This document shows positions 20,039 through 29,680 of a DNA stretch of 47,119 nucleotides, in pieces. Each line of letters begins with the position of its first letter. The first letter of the stretch is position 1. Source of the stretch: an uncultured delta proteobacterium (GTDB taxonomy: Bacteria; Desulfobacterota; Binatia; UBA9968); the NCBI GenBank assembly GCA_963755715.1, contig CAVWLW010000039.1, positions 1 through 47,119 on the forward strand, read 5' to 3'. Made by a program: the position numbers and the translations under genes. Below the pieces are notes generated by a model that was given only the letters and a program-made list of their open reading frames with translations, was not told where the DNA came from and searched no databases.

Positions 20039-21109
20039 ATGCTAAACAACACTCGCCCCAGATGGCGCGTCGGCTTTTACGCTGTCGCGGTGCTCGGCGT
20101 TGTGCTTTTCAGCGCGCAAGTCTTCAGCGCGGAGACGCGCGTCGTCGTCGACTCCGCCGGGCGCCGTGTCGAGGTGCCGGCAAAGATCGAGCGCATCTTC
20201 GCGGCTGCAGCCCCTGCGGGAGTGTTTATCTACACGCTTGCGCCCGAGAAGCTGATCAACTGGAACCTGCCGTTGTCCACAGAGCAGCGCGCCTACATGC
20301 CGGCCCGATATGCTGCGTTGCCCGCCCTCGGACGCTTGACCGGACGCGGCAATACGGCCAGCGTGGAGACAGTCTTGGCGGCTCGTCCCGATGTCATTCT
20401 CGACTATGGCACGATCAATCCGACCTATGTCTCGCTCGCCGACCGCATCCAGAAACAGACCGGCGTGCCGTATTTGCTTTTCGACGGCGCTTTCGACCAG
20501 ATCGCCGCGGTTTTCAAATCTGCCGGAACGGCTCTCGCTGTGAATGAGAGGGCCAAGCAATTGTCACGCTATGCGGAGACGTTGCTCGCCGACGTCGATA
20601 AACGCCTCGCCCGGGTGCCGGCGGAAAAGCGGCCGTTGGTCTACTACGCGCGCGGACCGCGCGGTATGCAGACGGGCCTCAAGGGCTCGATCAATGTGGA
20701 AAGCATCGAGCGCATCGGCGCGCGCAACGTCGCCGCCGAGCGTATCGGCCAGGGGAGTCTCGTCACCGTGTCGCCCGAGCAACTGCTGATGTGGAATCCC
20801 GAGATCGTCATTACCGCCGAAGCGGCTTTTGCCGCGATTGCCGCTACTGACGATGTTTGGAAAAGCATCAAGGCGGTGCGTGACCGGCATCTGTACGTCG
20901 CCCCGGAGGTGCCTTTCCCTTGGCTCGATTCGCCGCCGTCGGTGAACCGCCTGATCGGCCTCAAATGGCTCGGACGGGTGCTCTATCCGGAAGCGTTCCC
21001 GGAAGATCTCCGCGCCGAGACGCGCAGTTTCTACAGTCTTTTCTACAATCGGGCGCCGGACGAACGGCAGCTCAACGAATTGCTGCGCGGCACGAGGCGT
21101 ACCCAGTAA
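20039..21109 (+). CDS. Type II ABC (Fe-siderophore/B12/Mo) substrate-binding protein
   Basis: Signal peptide; VVDSAGRRVEVPAKIERI, VETVLAARPDVI, VSPEQLLMWNPEIVI, PFPWLDSPPSVNRLIG. Confidence 0.92.
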   Translation: MLNNTRPRWRVGFYAVAVLGVVLFSAQVFSAETRVVVDSAGRRVEVPAKIERIFAAAAPAGVFIYTLAPEKLINWNLPLSTEQRAYMPARYAALPALGRLTGRGNTASVETVLAARPDVILDYGTINPTYVSLADRIQKQTGVPYLLFDGAFDQIAAVFKSAGTALAVNERAKQLSRYAETLLADVDKRLARVPAEKRPLVYYARGPRGMQTGLKGSINVESIERIGARNVAAERIGQGSLVTVSPEQLLMWNPEIVITAEAAFAAIAATDDVWKSIKAVRDRHLYVAPEVPFPWLDSPPSVNRLIGLKWLGRVLYPEAFPEDLRAETRSFYSLFYNRAPDERQLNELLRGTRRTQ

Positions 21110-22159
21110 TGAAGCGAGTTACCGACCGACCCGTCAAGCGCGGTCGTTCATCGAGGTAGCGCGCGCTATTTCGCGCTCGCGGTTGCCGCTCTGGCACTGC
21201 TGTTGGTGATTTCATTCTCCGTGGGTAGGTATCCGGTAAGCGCGAACGAGCTGTTGCGCCTGCTCTGGTTCAAAGTATCGGGGACGCCGAGCGGTTTGCC
21301 CGAAACCGTGGAGACCGTAGTTTTCAAAGTGCGCGGTCCCCGAGTGCTCGCCTCGATGATGGTCGGCGGCGCGCTTGCGGTATCGGGTGCCGTCTATCAG
21401 GGCTTGTTCCGCAATCCTTTAGTGTCGCCCGATATCCTCGGCGTGTCGTCGGGCGCCGCACTCGGCGCCGTTCTCGGAATTTATTTTTCACTCGGGGTTT
21501 TCGGCATCCAAGCGCTGGCGTTTGCCGGCGGACTCGCTGCGGTCGCGGCGGTCTACTTGATCGGCGCTCTTCTGCGCTACCACGATCCGATTCTTACTCT
21601 GGTGCTCGCCGGTGTGGTGATTGGCACGTTGCTCGGCTCGGTGGTCGGTCTCATCAAGTATCTCGCCGATCCTTACAACCAGCTGCCGGCAATTACTTTT
21701 TGGCTTCTGGGAAGTTTGACGGGTATCACGGCAAGTGATCTCTGGGCGATTCTGCCGGCGATCTTTTTCGGTCTCGTGCCGCTGTATCTGCTGCGCTGGC
21801 GCATGAACGTCATGACTCTCGGCGACGAAGAAGCGCAGGCTTTGGGTGTCGACGCGCGCCGGCTGCGCTTGGTGGTTGTCGCGGCGGCGACTCTGATGAC
21901 CGCCGCGGCGGTTTCCGTCAGCGGCATCATCGGCTGGATCGGTTTACTGATTCCGCATTTTGCGCGGCTACTCGTCGGCCCCGATTTCGCTCGACTCTTG
22001 CCGGCGGTGGTGCTTCTCGGCGCCGGTTATTTGCTCGGCGTCGATACGTTGGCTCGGACGATCTCGACGATCGAGGTTCCGCTCGGCGTGCTGACGGCGT
22101 TTATCGGCACGCCGTTCTTCATTTGGGTGCTTGCCGTGTCGCATAAGGGGTGGCGTTAG
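21109..22159 (+). CDS. FecCD/BtuC-family permease (indel near N-terminus)
   Basis: VRGPRVL, YQGLFRNPLVSPDILGVSSGAALGA, ITFWLLGSL, LGDEEAQALGV, GIIGWIGLLIPH; ATG 21109 overlaps the upstream stop; main frame 21203..22159. Confidence 0.92.
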
Positions 22160-22167
22160 GTAGCGCG

Positions 22168-22965
22168 ATGAATCTCAGGGTAGAAAAGCTGTCCTTCGGC
22201 TACGGCAGAATGATCGTCGGCAACGACGTCAGCTTTACGCTCGATGCCGGCGAGGTGCTCTGTCTTCTCGGTCCCAACGGCGCCGGCAAGACTACGCTGT
22301 TCAAGACCATCCTGGGGCTGGTGCCGCCGCTTGGGGGTACCGTCATGGCGGACGGCGCGGCAATTCATCAATGGTCGCGTCAAAGCCTGGCCCGGGTTTT
22401 CGGTTACGTGCCGCAAGCGCAACTGGGATTTTTCCCCTTCACCATCCGCGAAGTCGTGCTGATGGGACGGACGGCGCGCATCGGTCTGTTCGGCACGCCT
22501 TCAGCGCGAGACGGAGAAATCGCCGACGAACTGCTTCGACTCCTCAACATCGACAATCTTGCCGACCGCCCATACACGGACGTGAGCGGCGGCGAGCGCC
22601 AGCTTGCGTTGATCGCCCGCGCGCTGGCGCAGGAACCGCAGGTGCTGGTGATGGATGAGCCCACCGCCAGCCTCGACTTCGGCAACCAGGTGCGCGTGCT
22701 GTCGGAGATCAAGACCCTCGCCAAGCGAGGCATCGCGGTCATCTTGTCGACCCACGATCCCGACCAGGCCTTTGTCTGCGCCCAGCGCGTGGCGATCCTG
22801 CACCGGGGTCGGCTCGCCTATGCCGGTCCGCCCGAGGATGTCATCACGGCGGCGGTCCTGCGCGCCGTGTACGGTGTCGAAGTAGAAATCGTCGAGGTCG
22901 AGAGCGCCGTTGGAGATAGGCATTTGATCTGCCTGCCATCGTTCGCAAAAGCTCGCTCCGCATAA
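22168..22965 (+). CDS. FecE/BtuD-type ABC ATP-binding protein
   Basis: GPNGAGKTT, YVPQ, VSGGERQLALIARALAQ, VMDEPTASLDFGNQ, STHDP. Confidence 0.95.
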   Translation: MNLRVEKLSFGYGRMIVGNDVSFTLDAGEVLCLLGPNGAGKTTLFKTILGLVPPLGGTVMADGAAIHQWSRQSLARVFGYVPQAQLGFFPFTIREVVLMGRTARIGLFGTPSARDGEIADELLRLLNIDNLADRPYTDVSGGERQLALIARALAQEPQVLVMDEPTASLDFGNQVRVLSEIKTLAKRGIAVILSTHDPDQAFVCAQRVAILHRGRLAYAGPPEDVITAAVLRAVYGVEVEIVEVESAVGDRHLICLPSFAKARSA

Positions 22966-23274
22966 CGCGCCGGTAACGGCAGGATGATTATTACCTATGC
23001 GCAACTCCCTAACCCCGGCATTGAGTACGAGCCTGCTTCCCGCTGCGCCGGCTTGTCTTCTGCCAGTGCGAAAAATTTGGAATGCGCTGCCTAAGCAGCA
23101 CGAACGCATTGCTCGTTTTGTCATGCTCAACACCGCTGATTTTTGGCGTTGGACGTGCGGGGAATTGCCCATCGATGTGGCTACCCGAGAGGTGGCTGCT
23201 AATGTTCCCATGACGCAATGTGCTGGACGCCGTGTTGGTCCGACTCTATTAGCATTATTACGCATGTGTCCTCC

Positions 23275-23376
23275 GTGTCATCCTCTCGTGGCGTTTACCC
23301 CGCCGGGTTTCTTAAACAGGCGCGAGTGCTCATGCCTTAGTCGCAGCCGCAGAGTTTTGACAGTACGACTTCAGTT
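23275..23376 (-). repeat. Degenerate tandem duplicate of the 3' end of the Zn-ribbon gene (copy of ~23401-23497)
   Basis: GTGTCATCCTCTCGTGGCGTTTACCCCGCCGGGTTTCTTAAACAGGCGCGAGTGC... vs GTGTCACACTCTCGTGGCGTTGACGCCGCCGGGCTTCTTGAACCGGCGCGAGTGC... Confidence 0.85.
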
Positions 23377-23403
23377 CGACTTATCAGAATTGTTGCGGGT
23401 GTG

Positions 23404-23703
23404 TCACACTCTCGTGGCGTTGACGCCGCCGGGCTTCTTGAACCGGCGCGAGTGCCTGCCCCAGTCGCAGCCGCAGGTTTTGCAGTACCACTCAGTCATG
23501 CCTTCCCACTCTTCGCGGTCGGCGAGAATGGCGCGGCCCGCGTCGATGGAGTGTTGGAGTGATGGAGTGATGGGGGAATGGATAACCGGGATGACCTGGT
23601 CAGCGCCGCATTCGGGGCAGATTGGCGTTTTCCGCTTGCGCGGAGATTTTCGGGCGCGTTTCGTCGTGCGTTTTGGACGCGCGGTACGCTTGGAAGCCGT
23701 CAT
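23404..23703 (-). CDS. Small basic zinc-ribbon protein
   Basis: CPECG...WYCKTCG (two CxxC); Lys/Arg-rich N-terminus; ATGA overlap with the upstream TAXI-like gene. Confidence 0.75.
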   Translation of the reverse strand: MTASKRTARPKRTTKRARKSPRKRKTPICPECGADQVIPVIHSPITPSLQHSIDAGRAILADREEWEGMTEWYCKTCGCDWGRHSRRFKKPGGVNATRV

Positions 23704-24725
23704 TTTGAATATCCGCGTTCCCGGTAGAAACGTCTCGCTCCCGGATGGAGCGGCACGTTGAACGGCGCTTCTTCGTCGTTGGCGCAGAGTTGGCGCATGT
23801 TGATCGGTTTGAAATTGTCGCTGGGGATCGACTTGCGGCGCTTCTCGATGGCTTCACAGATCGCGTACGCGACGTCATTGGGTAAATCCGCATGCACGAG
23901 CATGGGCCAGCCGCTGAAATCGACGGTGGCAACGTCGCCGGTCATTCCTTTGAAGCGTGATTTCGGCACGACCGAAGTTTGATAGCCCATCGCGGTCAAG
24001 CGTCTCAGGATTTGACCTTCGATCGGAAGATAAATGAATCCGCTGTCGACCGCCGTCTGGCCCCAGCTCTTGATGCCTTCATCGAAGACAGCGTTCACTG
24101 TGCCGTTTTGAATCGCGTCGCGCCGGTCGGGGTGGCTTGGGCGCGGCACCGAGATTACTTTGCCGCCCCATTTTTTTAGATCCGCCAAAGTGAAGCCGGC
24201 AGCCTTCATTACGGCGATCACGGTGAACATGGTGGGGCTGGCGTTGATGGCGTCTTTCGATGTCACGTTCGTCGATAAACGCAGAGGGAAGCGCTCCTTG
24301 GCGATTTGCGCCAGCGAAGTGATGCCGGTGGACTTGTGCACGGCGAAGCCCATGACATCGTAGGACGGAAAGGTTGCGATCACGCGCAGGCGCAGTCGCT
24401 TCTTAAATGGACCGGTGCCGCGGTAGGCAAGAGTGGCTGCAACCGATGGATTGACCCAGGCGAGCGTGTACCTGCCATCGGCGACGCCTTTGAGCTCGGC
24501 GAAGCTGTCGGCGGCGAAGGAAAGCGGGACGCTGTTGGAGCCGTCGCGGTTTGCTGAGCGTAGTTTGAATTCCAACTCATGACCGACGCGCGACTCGGTT
24601 TGCAGCACTCGTTCGGCGGCGCGAGTGGTCTGGAATGAGAGGGAAGTCTCGTACATCGCCGCGGCGATTTCGAGCAGACCTTTGGCGCGTTGGATTTTTG
24701 CGTTGTAGCGTTTTTTGGTCATCAC
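23700..24725 (-). CDS. TAXI-family (TRAP) solute-receptor-fold protein without signal peptide
   Basis: LRVIATFPSYD, GITSLAQI, LVHADLPNDVAYAI, VPLHPGARRFYRERGY; charged N-terminus with no hydrophobic segment. Confidence 0.82.
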   Translation of the reverse strand: MMTKKRYNAKIQRAKGLLEIAAAMYETSLSFQTTRAAERVLQTESRVGHELEFKLRSANRDGSNSVPLSFAADSFAELKGVADGRYTLAWVNPSVAATLAYRGTGPFKKRLRLRVIATFPSYDVMGFAVHKSTGITSLAQIAKERFPLRLSTNVTSKDAINASPTMFTVIAVMKAAGFTLADLKKWGGKVISVPRPSHPDRRDAIQNGTVNAVFDEGIKSWGQTAVDSGFIYLPIEGQILRRLTAMGYQTSVVPKSRFKGMTGDVATVDFSGWPMLVHADLPNDVAYAICEAIEKRRKSIPSDNFKPINMRQLCANDEEAPFNVPLHPGARRFYRERGYSK

Positions 24726-24766
24726 GTGCTGTGTCTTTCAGGATTGTTGCTCGGAAGAGGAGCGCG

Positions 24767-24883
24767 TTGACGGACTCAGGGCGAACGGTCAAGTAATTTG
24801 TTTCCAAGCGGTGACCTGTTCGTGGCGAGCCAGTCTGCCCTGAGCGCAATAGAAGGGAACTATCAACCTTTCTTCACACGCTC
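24767..24883. repeat. Degenerate REP/MITE-like unit related to 7481-7531
   Basis: TTGACGGACTCAGGGCGAACGG...CCTGTTCGTGGCGAGCC...CCCTGAGC...GAAGGG...TTCACACGCTC; the end is the near reverse complement of GGCCGTGTGAA at 7481. Confidence 0.55.
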
Positions 24884-24911
24884 AACCCGACAGCAGAACC
24901 AGCACAAAAAT

Positions 24912-25922
24912 TTACAGAGTCTTACGAACTTCTTTCGCCACGTCGACGAGCAGCTTCGCCTTGGAATTCGCCAGGTCGCGGCCGATTGTCATCAAGCCGC
25001 AATCCGGAGCGAGCCATAGATTTTTCGGCTCGATGTATTTAAGTGCCATGCGCACGCGTTCGACAACGGATGCCATCGACGGCACCGGCGTGTCGCTCGG
25101 ATCGACGCAGCCGAACATGATGATTCTACCTTTGGCAACAGCCAACACCGCGGGGTCGAAGTTGCTGCGCGTGAACTCGACGCCGAAGCCGCCGATCTTG
25201 GTTTTCATCAACTCTTCGAGGAGTTCCGGGTACTCGTATTCGTGTTGCGTGCCGGCGCCGCCGGGATAGCCGTAGCAGAGGTGAACCACGGTGGGAATGT
25301 TTATCCCTTCGAGGCAGCGGTCGAGTGCTTTTGCGCCGTAAGCAAAGACCTTCTCGTGATACCGCGTCATCGCTGGCTCGTCGATTTCCAAGACGTCGCA
25401 TCCCGCCGCCTGCAAGTCGCGCAGCTCTTCATTGAGGGCCGCTGCAACGTCCATCGCCATGGTGGCTTCATCCTTATAAAATTCATCGAGAGTGCTATCG
25501 ATCACCGTCATCGGCCCCGGCACATCCATTTTGATCGGCTTGTCTGTCTGCGCTTTGGCAAAACGGAGGTCGTCGACGATCGCGGGCGCGCGTCTTTTTA
25601 TTTTGCCAACGACCCGCGGCACCGGGCGCGGCTGCTCGCGGCGGCGATAAATCTGTTTCACTGCTTCGTGCTTGAGATCGATACCGTCAAAGGCGGCGAG
25701 GATATGATTGATGAAACCGGTCCGGCGTTGTTCGCCGTCCGAAAGCAGGTCTAAGCCGATTCGTTCCTGAGTGCGGATGCTCAGCGCGGTCGCGTCGTCC
25801 TGCGCTTCCTTTAAGGCCGCGCCTTCCAGCCGGAAAATCGCCCGGCTCCGGTCGGTCTGTGCGAGCCAAGTGGGTCGTGGAAAACTGCCGATCGTCGTTG
25901 CGGCGATGGATGGAAGTTGCAT
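24912..25922 (-). CDS. Cobalamin-independent methionine synthase II family protein (single-barrel MetE-like)
   Basis: TTIGSFPRPTWL, GLDLLSDGEQRR, PGPMT, EIDEP, VHLCYGY, WLAPDCGL (Zn His/Cys/Cys). Confidence 0.92.
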   Translation of the reverse strand: MQLPSIAATTIGSFPRPTWLAQTDRSRAIFRLEGAALKEAQDDATALSIRTQERIGLDLLSDGEQRRTGFINHILAAFDGIDLKHEAVKQIYRRREQPRPVPRVVGKIKRRAPAIVDDLRFAKAQTDKPIKMDVPGPMTVIDSTLDEFYKDEATMAMDVAAALNEELRDLQAAGCDVLEIDEPAMTRYHEKVFAYGAKALDRCLEGINIPTVVHLCYGYPGGAGTQHEYEYPELLEELMKTKIGGFGVEFTRSNFDPAVLAVAKGRIIMFGCVDPSDTPVPSMASVVERVRMALKYIEPKNLWLAPDCGLMTIGRDLANSKAKLLVDVAKEVRKTL

Positions 25923-26093
25923 GGATTCACCTCTGAAAGAAATTTGACTCTGGCTATATATCCCTGGGCCGCGAAAGACAAGGAAGGTTGAGACGGAATT
26001 GATAATGAAGAATTGACAATCCTGAATTTGGACTGAGGCAGGATCTGCTCAAGCTCAGATTCGCTTGAATTTGATAGAGTCATAGCACAACTC

Positions 26094-27313
26094 TCATATT
26101 TTCTTTCCCAGCAGCCGATAAAAAAGCGCGGTAGTCACGATCAATGAAACGGCGGCGGTGAGCGCGAGGCCGAGGGAGGCGCCGAAAAGGGTTGCAGAAG
26201 TGCCCAGGATGATCGAACCGATGGAGCGCATTCCTTGATCGAGATTAAACACGCTCATCACCCGGCCCATGAGATGGCGTGGTGCTTCTATCTGAATGAT
26301 CACCCGGCTTATCGTGCGGAAACATACCTGGCCTGCGCCGACCAGGGCCAAGAGCAGAACCGAAAGCCAAAAGATCGGCGAGATGCAAAAGAGGATAAGA
26401 AAGATCGGCGTCGTCGTGGTCATGATCCACAGCAGCATGGCACGGTTCCAGCGCTCGCCGACAGCGGCGAGAAAGCTCAGCGAGGCGATGCCGCCCAATC
26501 CCGGCGCGGCCATCAGTATGCCGAGTCCTCTTGGTCCGACCTGCAGTATTTCCTTGGCGAACACCGGCAGAAAACTTTGGTAGGTGACGACAAACACGGC
26601 GAACGTATAGGCGGCGACGATGCTGCTCAAAATCACCGGCGCGTGCCAAACATAATGAAAGCCTTCTTTGAACTCGCGCACGAAATTTCCTTCCCGCTTT
26701 ATCGATTCCTCTTTCTGCGTGCGAATAAACAGCATTCCCGTGCCGGAAATCAAAAGAGCAACTAGGTATGCTCCATAGCAGCCGCCGACGCCGATCAAAA
26801 TAATCAATACCCCGCCGAGGGATGGTCCTGCGATGCGAGCGATGTTGAACCCGACAGTGTAGAGCGAGACGGCGTTCATGATATCTTCCCGCGGCACCAA
26901 TTCCCCAAGGATCGATTGCGCAGCCGAAGGATTGATCGCGCGAATCGAGCCGAAAAGAATTTCCAGCACAAGCAGGTGCCAGAAGGCGAGAGTCCCGTAT
27001 GTATAAATCGCCAGGAAAATCGATATGGGGAGAGCGCAGCCAAATTGCACCAAAATCAATAAAAGCTTGCGGTCGTAGCGGTCAACCAACACGCCGCTGA
27101 AGGCGCCAAGAATCAAGCGCGGCGTGGCGCTGCACAACCCCAAGACTCCCAACGCCATCGCCGAGCCGGTGATTTCGTACGTGATCCAGTAAAGTGCGAC
27201 TTCCTCAACGAATTGGCCGACGGAGCCGAGCATATCCGTACACCAAAATAGTGCGTAGTCACGGTGGCGTAGAGAGTGGAAAATACGAATGGGATGTTTC
27301 TCCTTGTGGCCAT
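26094..27313 (-). CDS. MFS transporter (macrolide-efflux/DHA3-like); start approximate
   Basis: FHSLRHRDYALFW, GVLVDRYDRK, NAVSL..FNIARIAGPSLGG, APRHLMGRVMS; about 12 hydrophobic segments. Confidence 0.9.
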
Positions 27314-27522
27314 GGCGTGAGCAAGACCAGTACCGCTTATAACCCGGCTCGCGACCATAAAAAAGATAGTGGGCGGCTAAAGTGAACGCGGATGTCGTTC
27401 GCCGGATATGAATTGAAGCGCGATTACCAGTCAAAAAATAGCAAATCAACGCCGCTTTGATTGACAGCAGCAAAACTTCGGCATACTTCGATAGGACCAA
27501 ACCATGAAGGAGATATATTTCC

Positions 27523-28515
27523 GTGGCTTACGATGATCGCAGTGTAAAACCGATGAGCGCGAGTTTGATGCGCGCGCGCATCGCGACAAAAATATTAGCG
27601 GGTCTTTACGAAGACGTGCCGACGATGTTGACCAGCGCGATTCGGCTGATGGTCGAGCTGCCTGGAGGCAAAGGACGGAAGGGGCCGCCGTATCCATTTA
27701 CTATCGGCGTCAGTCCGGCGTGGTGCAGCGGCTTGAACGGCGCCAAGCTCGTCGCCAACGGCAAACTCGATCTGGTTTGGCTCAATCCCTCGATCATCCC
27801 ATCGATGGCGGTGCGCGGGGTCGGGCCTTTTCAAAAAAAGAGTCCGTTGCGGGCGCTCGCGGTCTTTCCGTCTTGGGACCGCTTAGTGATCGCAGTCTCG
27901 CCGCGCTTGGGTGTGAATAGCATGGAAGAATTGATCGCCAAGAAGCCGAAGATGAAAGTTTCCATCGCGGTCAACGACTGCGTCGACTTCGCGATAAAGT
28001 TTCTGCTCAAAGCGCACGGCATCTCACAGAACCATTTCATCAAGTGGGGCGGCAAAGTCGATGAAGTTGTCCGGCCGAGCAATCCGCACCGGCGCGAGGG
28101 AATTATCTCCGGCAAACTCGATATGGTGATCGATGAAGGAATGGATTCCTGGGGCGACGTTGCGGTGCAGCACGGTATGAAGTTTTTATCCTATTCCGAG
28201 CCGGTGCTGCAGAAACTGGAAAAATACGGCTTCCAACGCGCGCGACTGGATCACGGCCGCATCGACGGTATCAACGACCCGACGACGGTGGTCGACTTCA
28301 GCGGCTGGCCAATCGTCGTACACAAAAATTTTCCCGACGATCTGGCGTATCACATCGTAGGAGTGCTCGATAAGATTCGGGAAGAGATTCCCTACGACGC
28401 CGCAGCAACGCCGTCGATGAAACAGTTATGCTCGAACACGGAAGCGGGACCATTGGACTTTCCGCTGCATCCCGGTGCGGAGAGATATTATCGGAATAAA
28501 GGGTATTTGCCGTAG
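27523..28515 (+). CDS. TAXI-family solute-receptor-fold protein without signal peptide
   Basis: WLNPS, RGVGPF, LRALAVFPSWD, VVDFSGWP, FPLHPGAERYYRNKGY; AAGGAG RBS before GTG; paralogue of 23700..24725. Confidence 0.82.
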   Translation: MAYDDRSVKPMSASLMRARIATKILAGLYEDVPTMLTSAIRLMVELPGGKGRKGPPYPFTIGVSPAWCSGLNGAKLVANGKLDLVWLNPSIIPSMAVRGVGPFQKKSPLRALAVFPSWDRLVIAVSPRLGVNSMEELIAKKPKMKVSIAVNDCVDFAIKFLLKAHGISQNHFIKWGGKVDEVVRPSNPHRREGIISGKLDMVIDEGMDSWGDVAVQHGMKFLSYSEPVLQKLEKYGFQRARLDHGRIDGINDPTTVVDFSGWPIVVHKNFPDDLAYHIVGVLDKIREEIPYDAAATPSMKQLCSNTEAGPLDFPLHPGAERYYRNKGYLP

Positions 28516-28545
28516 GGATGCCGATACATCACGAAGGAACTTCAA

Positions 28546-29550
28546 ATGACGCTGATAAGATCGTTCATCATTTTTTCAATAGGCTTCGCGTCGCTGTGGT
28601 TTACGTCACTCGGCTTCGCCGCCGCTACTCTCGAACCGGTTACGGTCGCTTACTCGACGTTTTCAGGCGCGTATCTACCGCTGTGGATCGCCATCGAGGA
28701 TCATTTGGGGAGAAAATACGGACTCGAACTGAACGCGATCTATGCCGGCAGAACACGGCCGCAGCAGCTTCTCGCCAGCGGCGACGTCCCGTTCGTTATG
28801 GCGAGCGGTACGGGTGCTCTTACATCGCATATTCTCGGCGTCAAAGATCAAGTGATCATCATGACCACGATGAACCAGGTCAACTCCGCCCTTTTCAGCC
28901 GGACCGATATCAAAAGCGCCGCCGAACTGCGCGGCAAAACCATAGCGACGGGTCGGCCCGGCGCTTTCGGTGACATGATGATTCGCTATGTTTTAAGGGC
29001 GAAGCTCGGTCTTGTGCCGGACCGCGACGTGAAGTTGCTGGCGATCGGCGAAGCGCAATTGGCTTTCCCGGCGCTCGAGCGCGGCATCGTGCAGGCAGCC
29101 TCCCTGACGATTCCCTTCACCTTGATCGCCAAGAAAATGGGTTATCGGGAATTGATCGACTACGATAAGGCTGGCGTCGTCTATCCGTACAACACCGTCA
29201 CGACGCTCCGTCAAACGCCGGCCAAAAATCCTGAGCTAACGGAGAAGTTTTTGAAGACGATGATCGAAGGCATTTACCTCGCCAAGACTGATAAGGAGAA
29301 AAGCTTGGCGGTCTTGAAAAAATACATGAAGGGGACGCCCGACGATATATTGGAGGAGACCTACCGATACGCCAAAAGCGCCGCGGAGGACGTGCCCACG
29401 CCGTCGGTGGAAATAACAAAAATCGCCTTGGAGATTCTGTCCTATCAATACCCGCAGGCGAAGGAGACCGATCCGAATTTGATCATCGACGCCTCGATCA
29501 TGAAGCGCATCGAACAGAGCGGGTTTATCAAAACGCTTTATAAGAAATGA
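28546..29550 (+). CDS. NMT1/SsuA-like ABC SBP, paralogue 1 of 4 (1005 bp)
   Basis: Signal peptide; LGRKYGLELNAIYAGRTRPQQLL; LSYQYPQAKETDP. Confidence 0.92.
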   Translation: MTLIRSFIIFSIGFASLWFTSLGFAAATLEPVTVAYSTFSGAYLPLWIAIEDHLGRKYGLELNAIYAGRTRPQQLLASGDVPFVMASGTGALTSHILGVKDQVIIMTTMNQVNSALFSRTDIKSAAELRGKTIATGRPGAFGDMMIRYVLRAKLGLVPDRDVKLLAIGEAQLAFPALERGIVQAASLTIPFTLIAKKMGYRELIDYDKAGVVYPYNTVTTLRQTPAKNPELTEKFLKTMIEGIYLAKTDKEKSLAVLKKYMKGTPDDILEETYRYAKSAAEDVPTPSVEITKIALEILSYQYPQAKETDPNLIIDASIMKRIEQSGFIKTLYKK

Positions 29551-29680
29551 TTACTGCTCGCCGAAGCTGTTTCGCGCTCTACTAAGAAGAACGAATAAAG
29601 AAATTTATTTCGAACGAAGGTCTTGCCTCTCATAGCCTGCCTTCTAAAGGGAAACCCGCTATATTGACTGTTGTCGCTAG

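Noticed and set aside
22997-23761. 254-aa + strand ORF with an internal repeat (CHxLVAxTPPGFLNRREC)
   Set aside because: Antisense shadow of the Zn-ribbon gene and its duplicated 3' end.
25923-26093. Cobalamin or SAM riboswitch upstream of the MetE-like gene
   Set aside because: No B12-box or SAM core motifs recognisable by eye; an Infernal/Rfam scan would be needed to exclude it formally.
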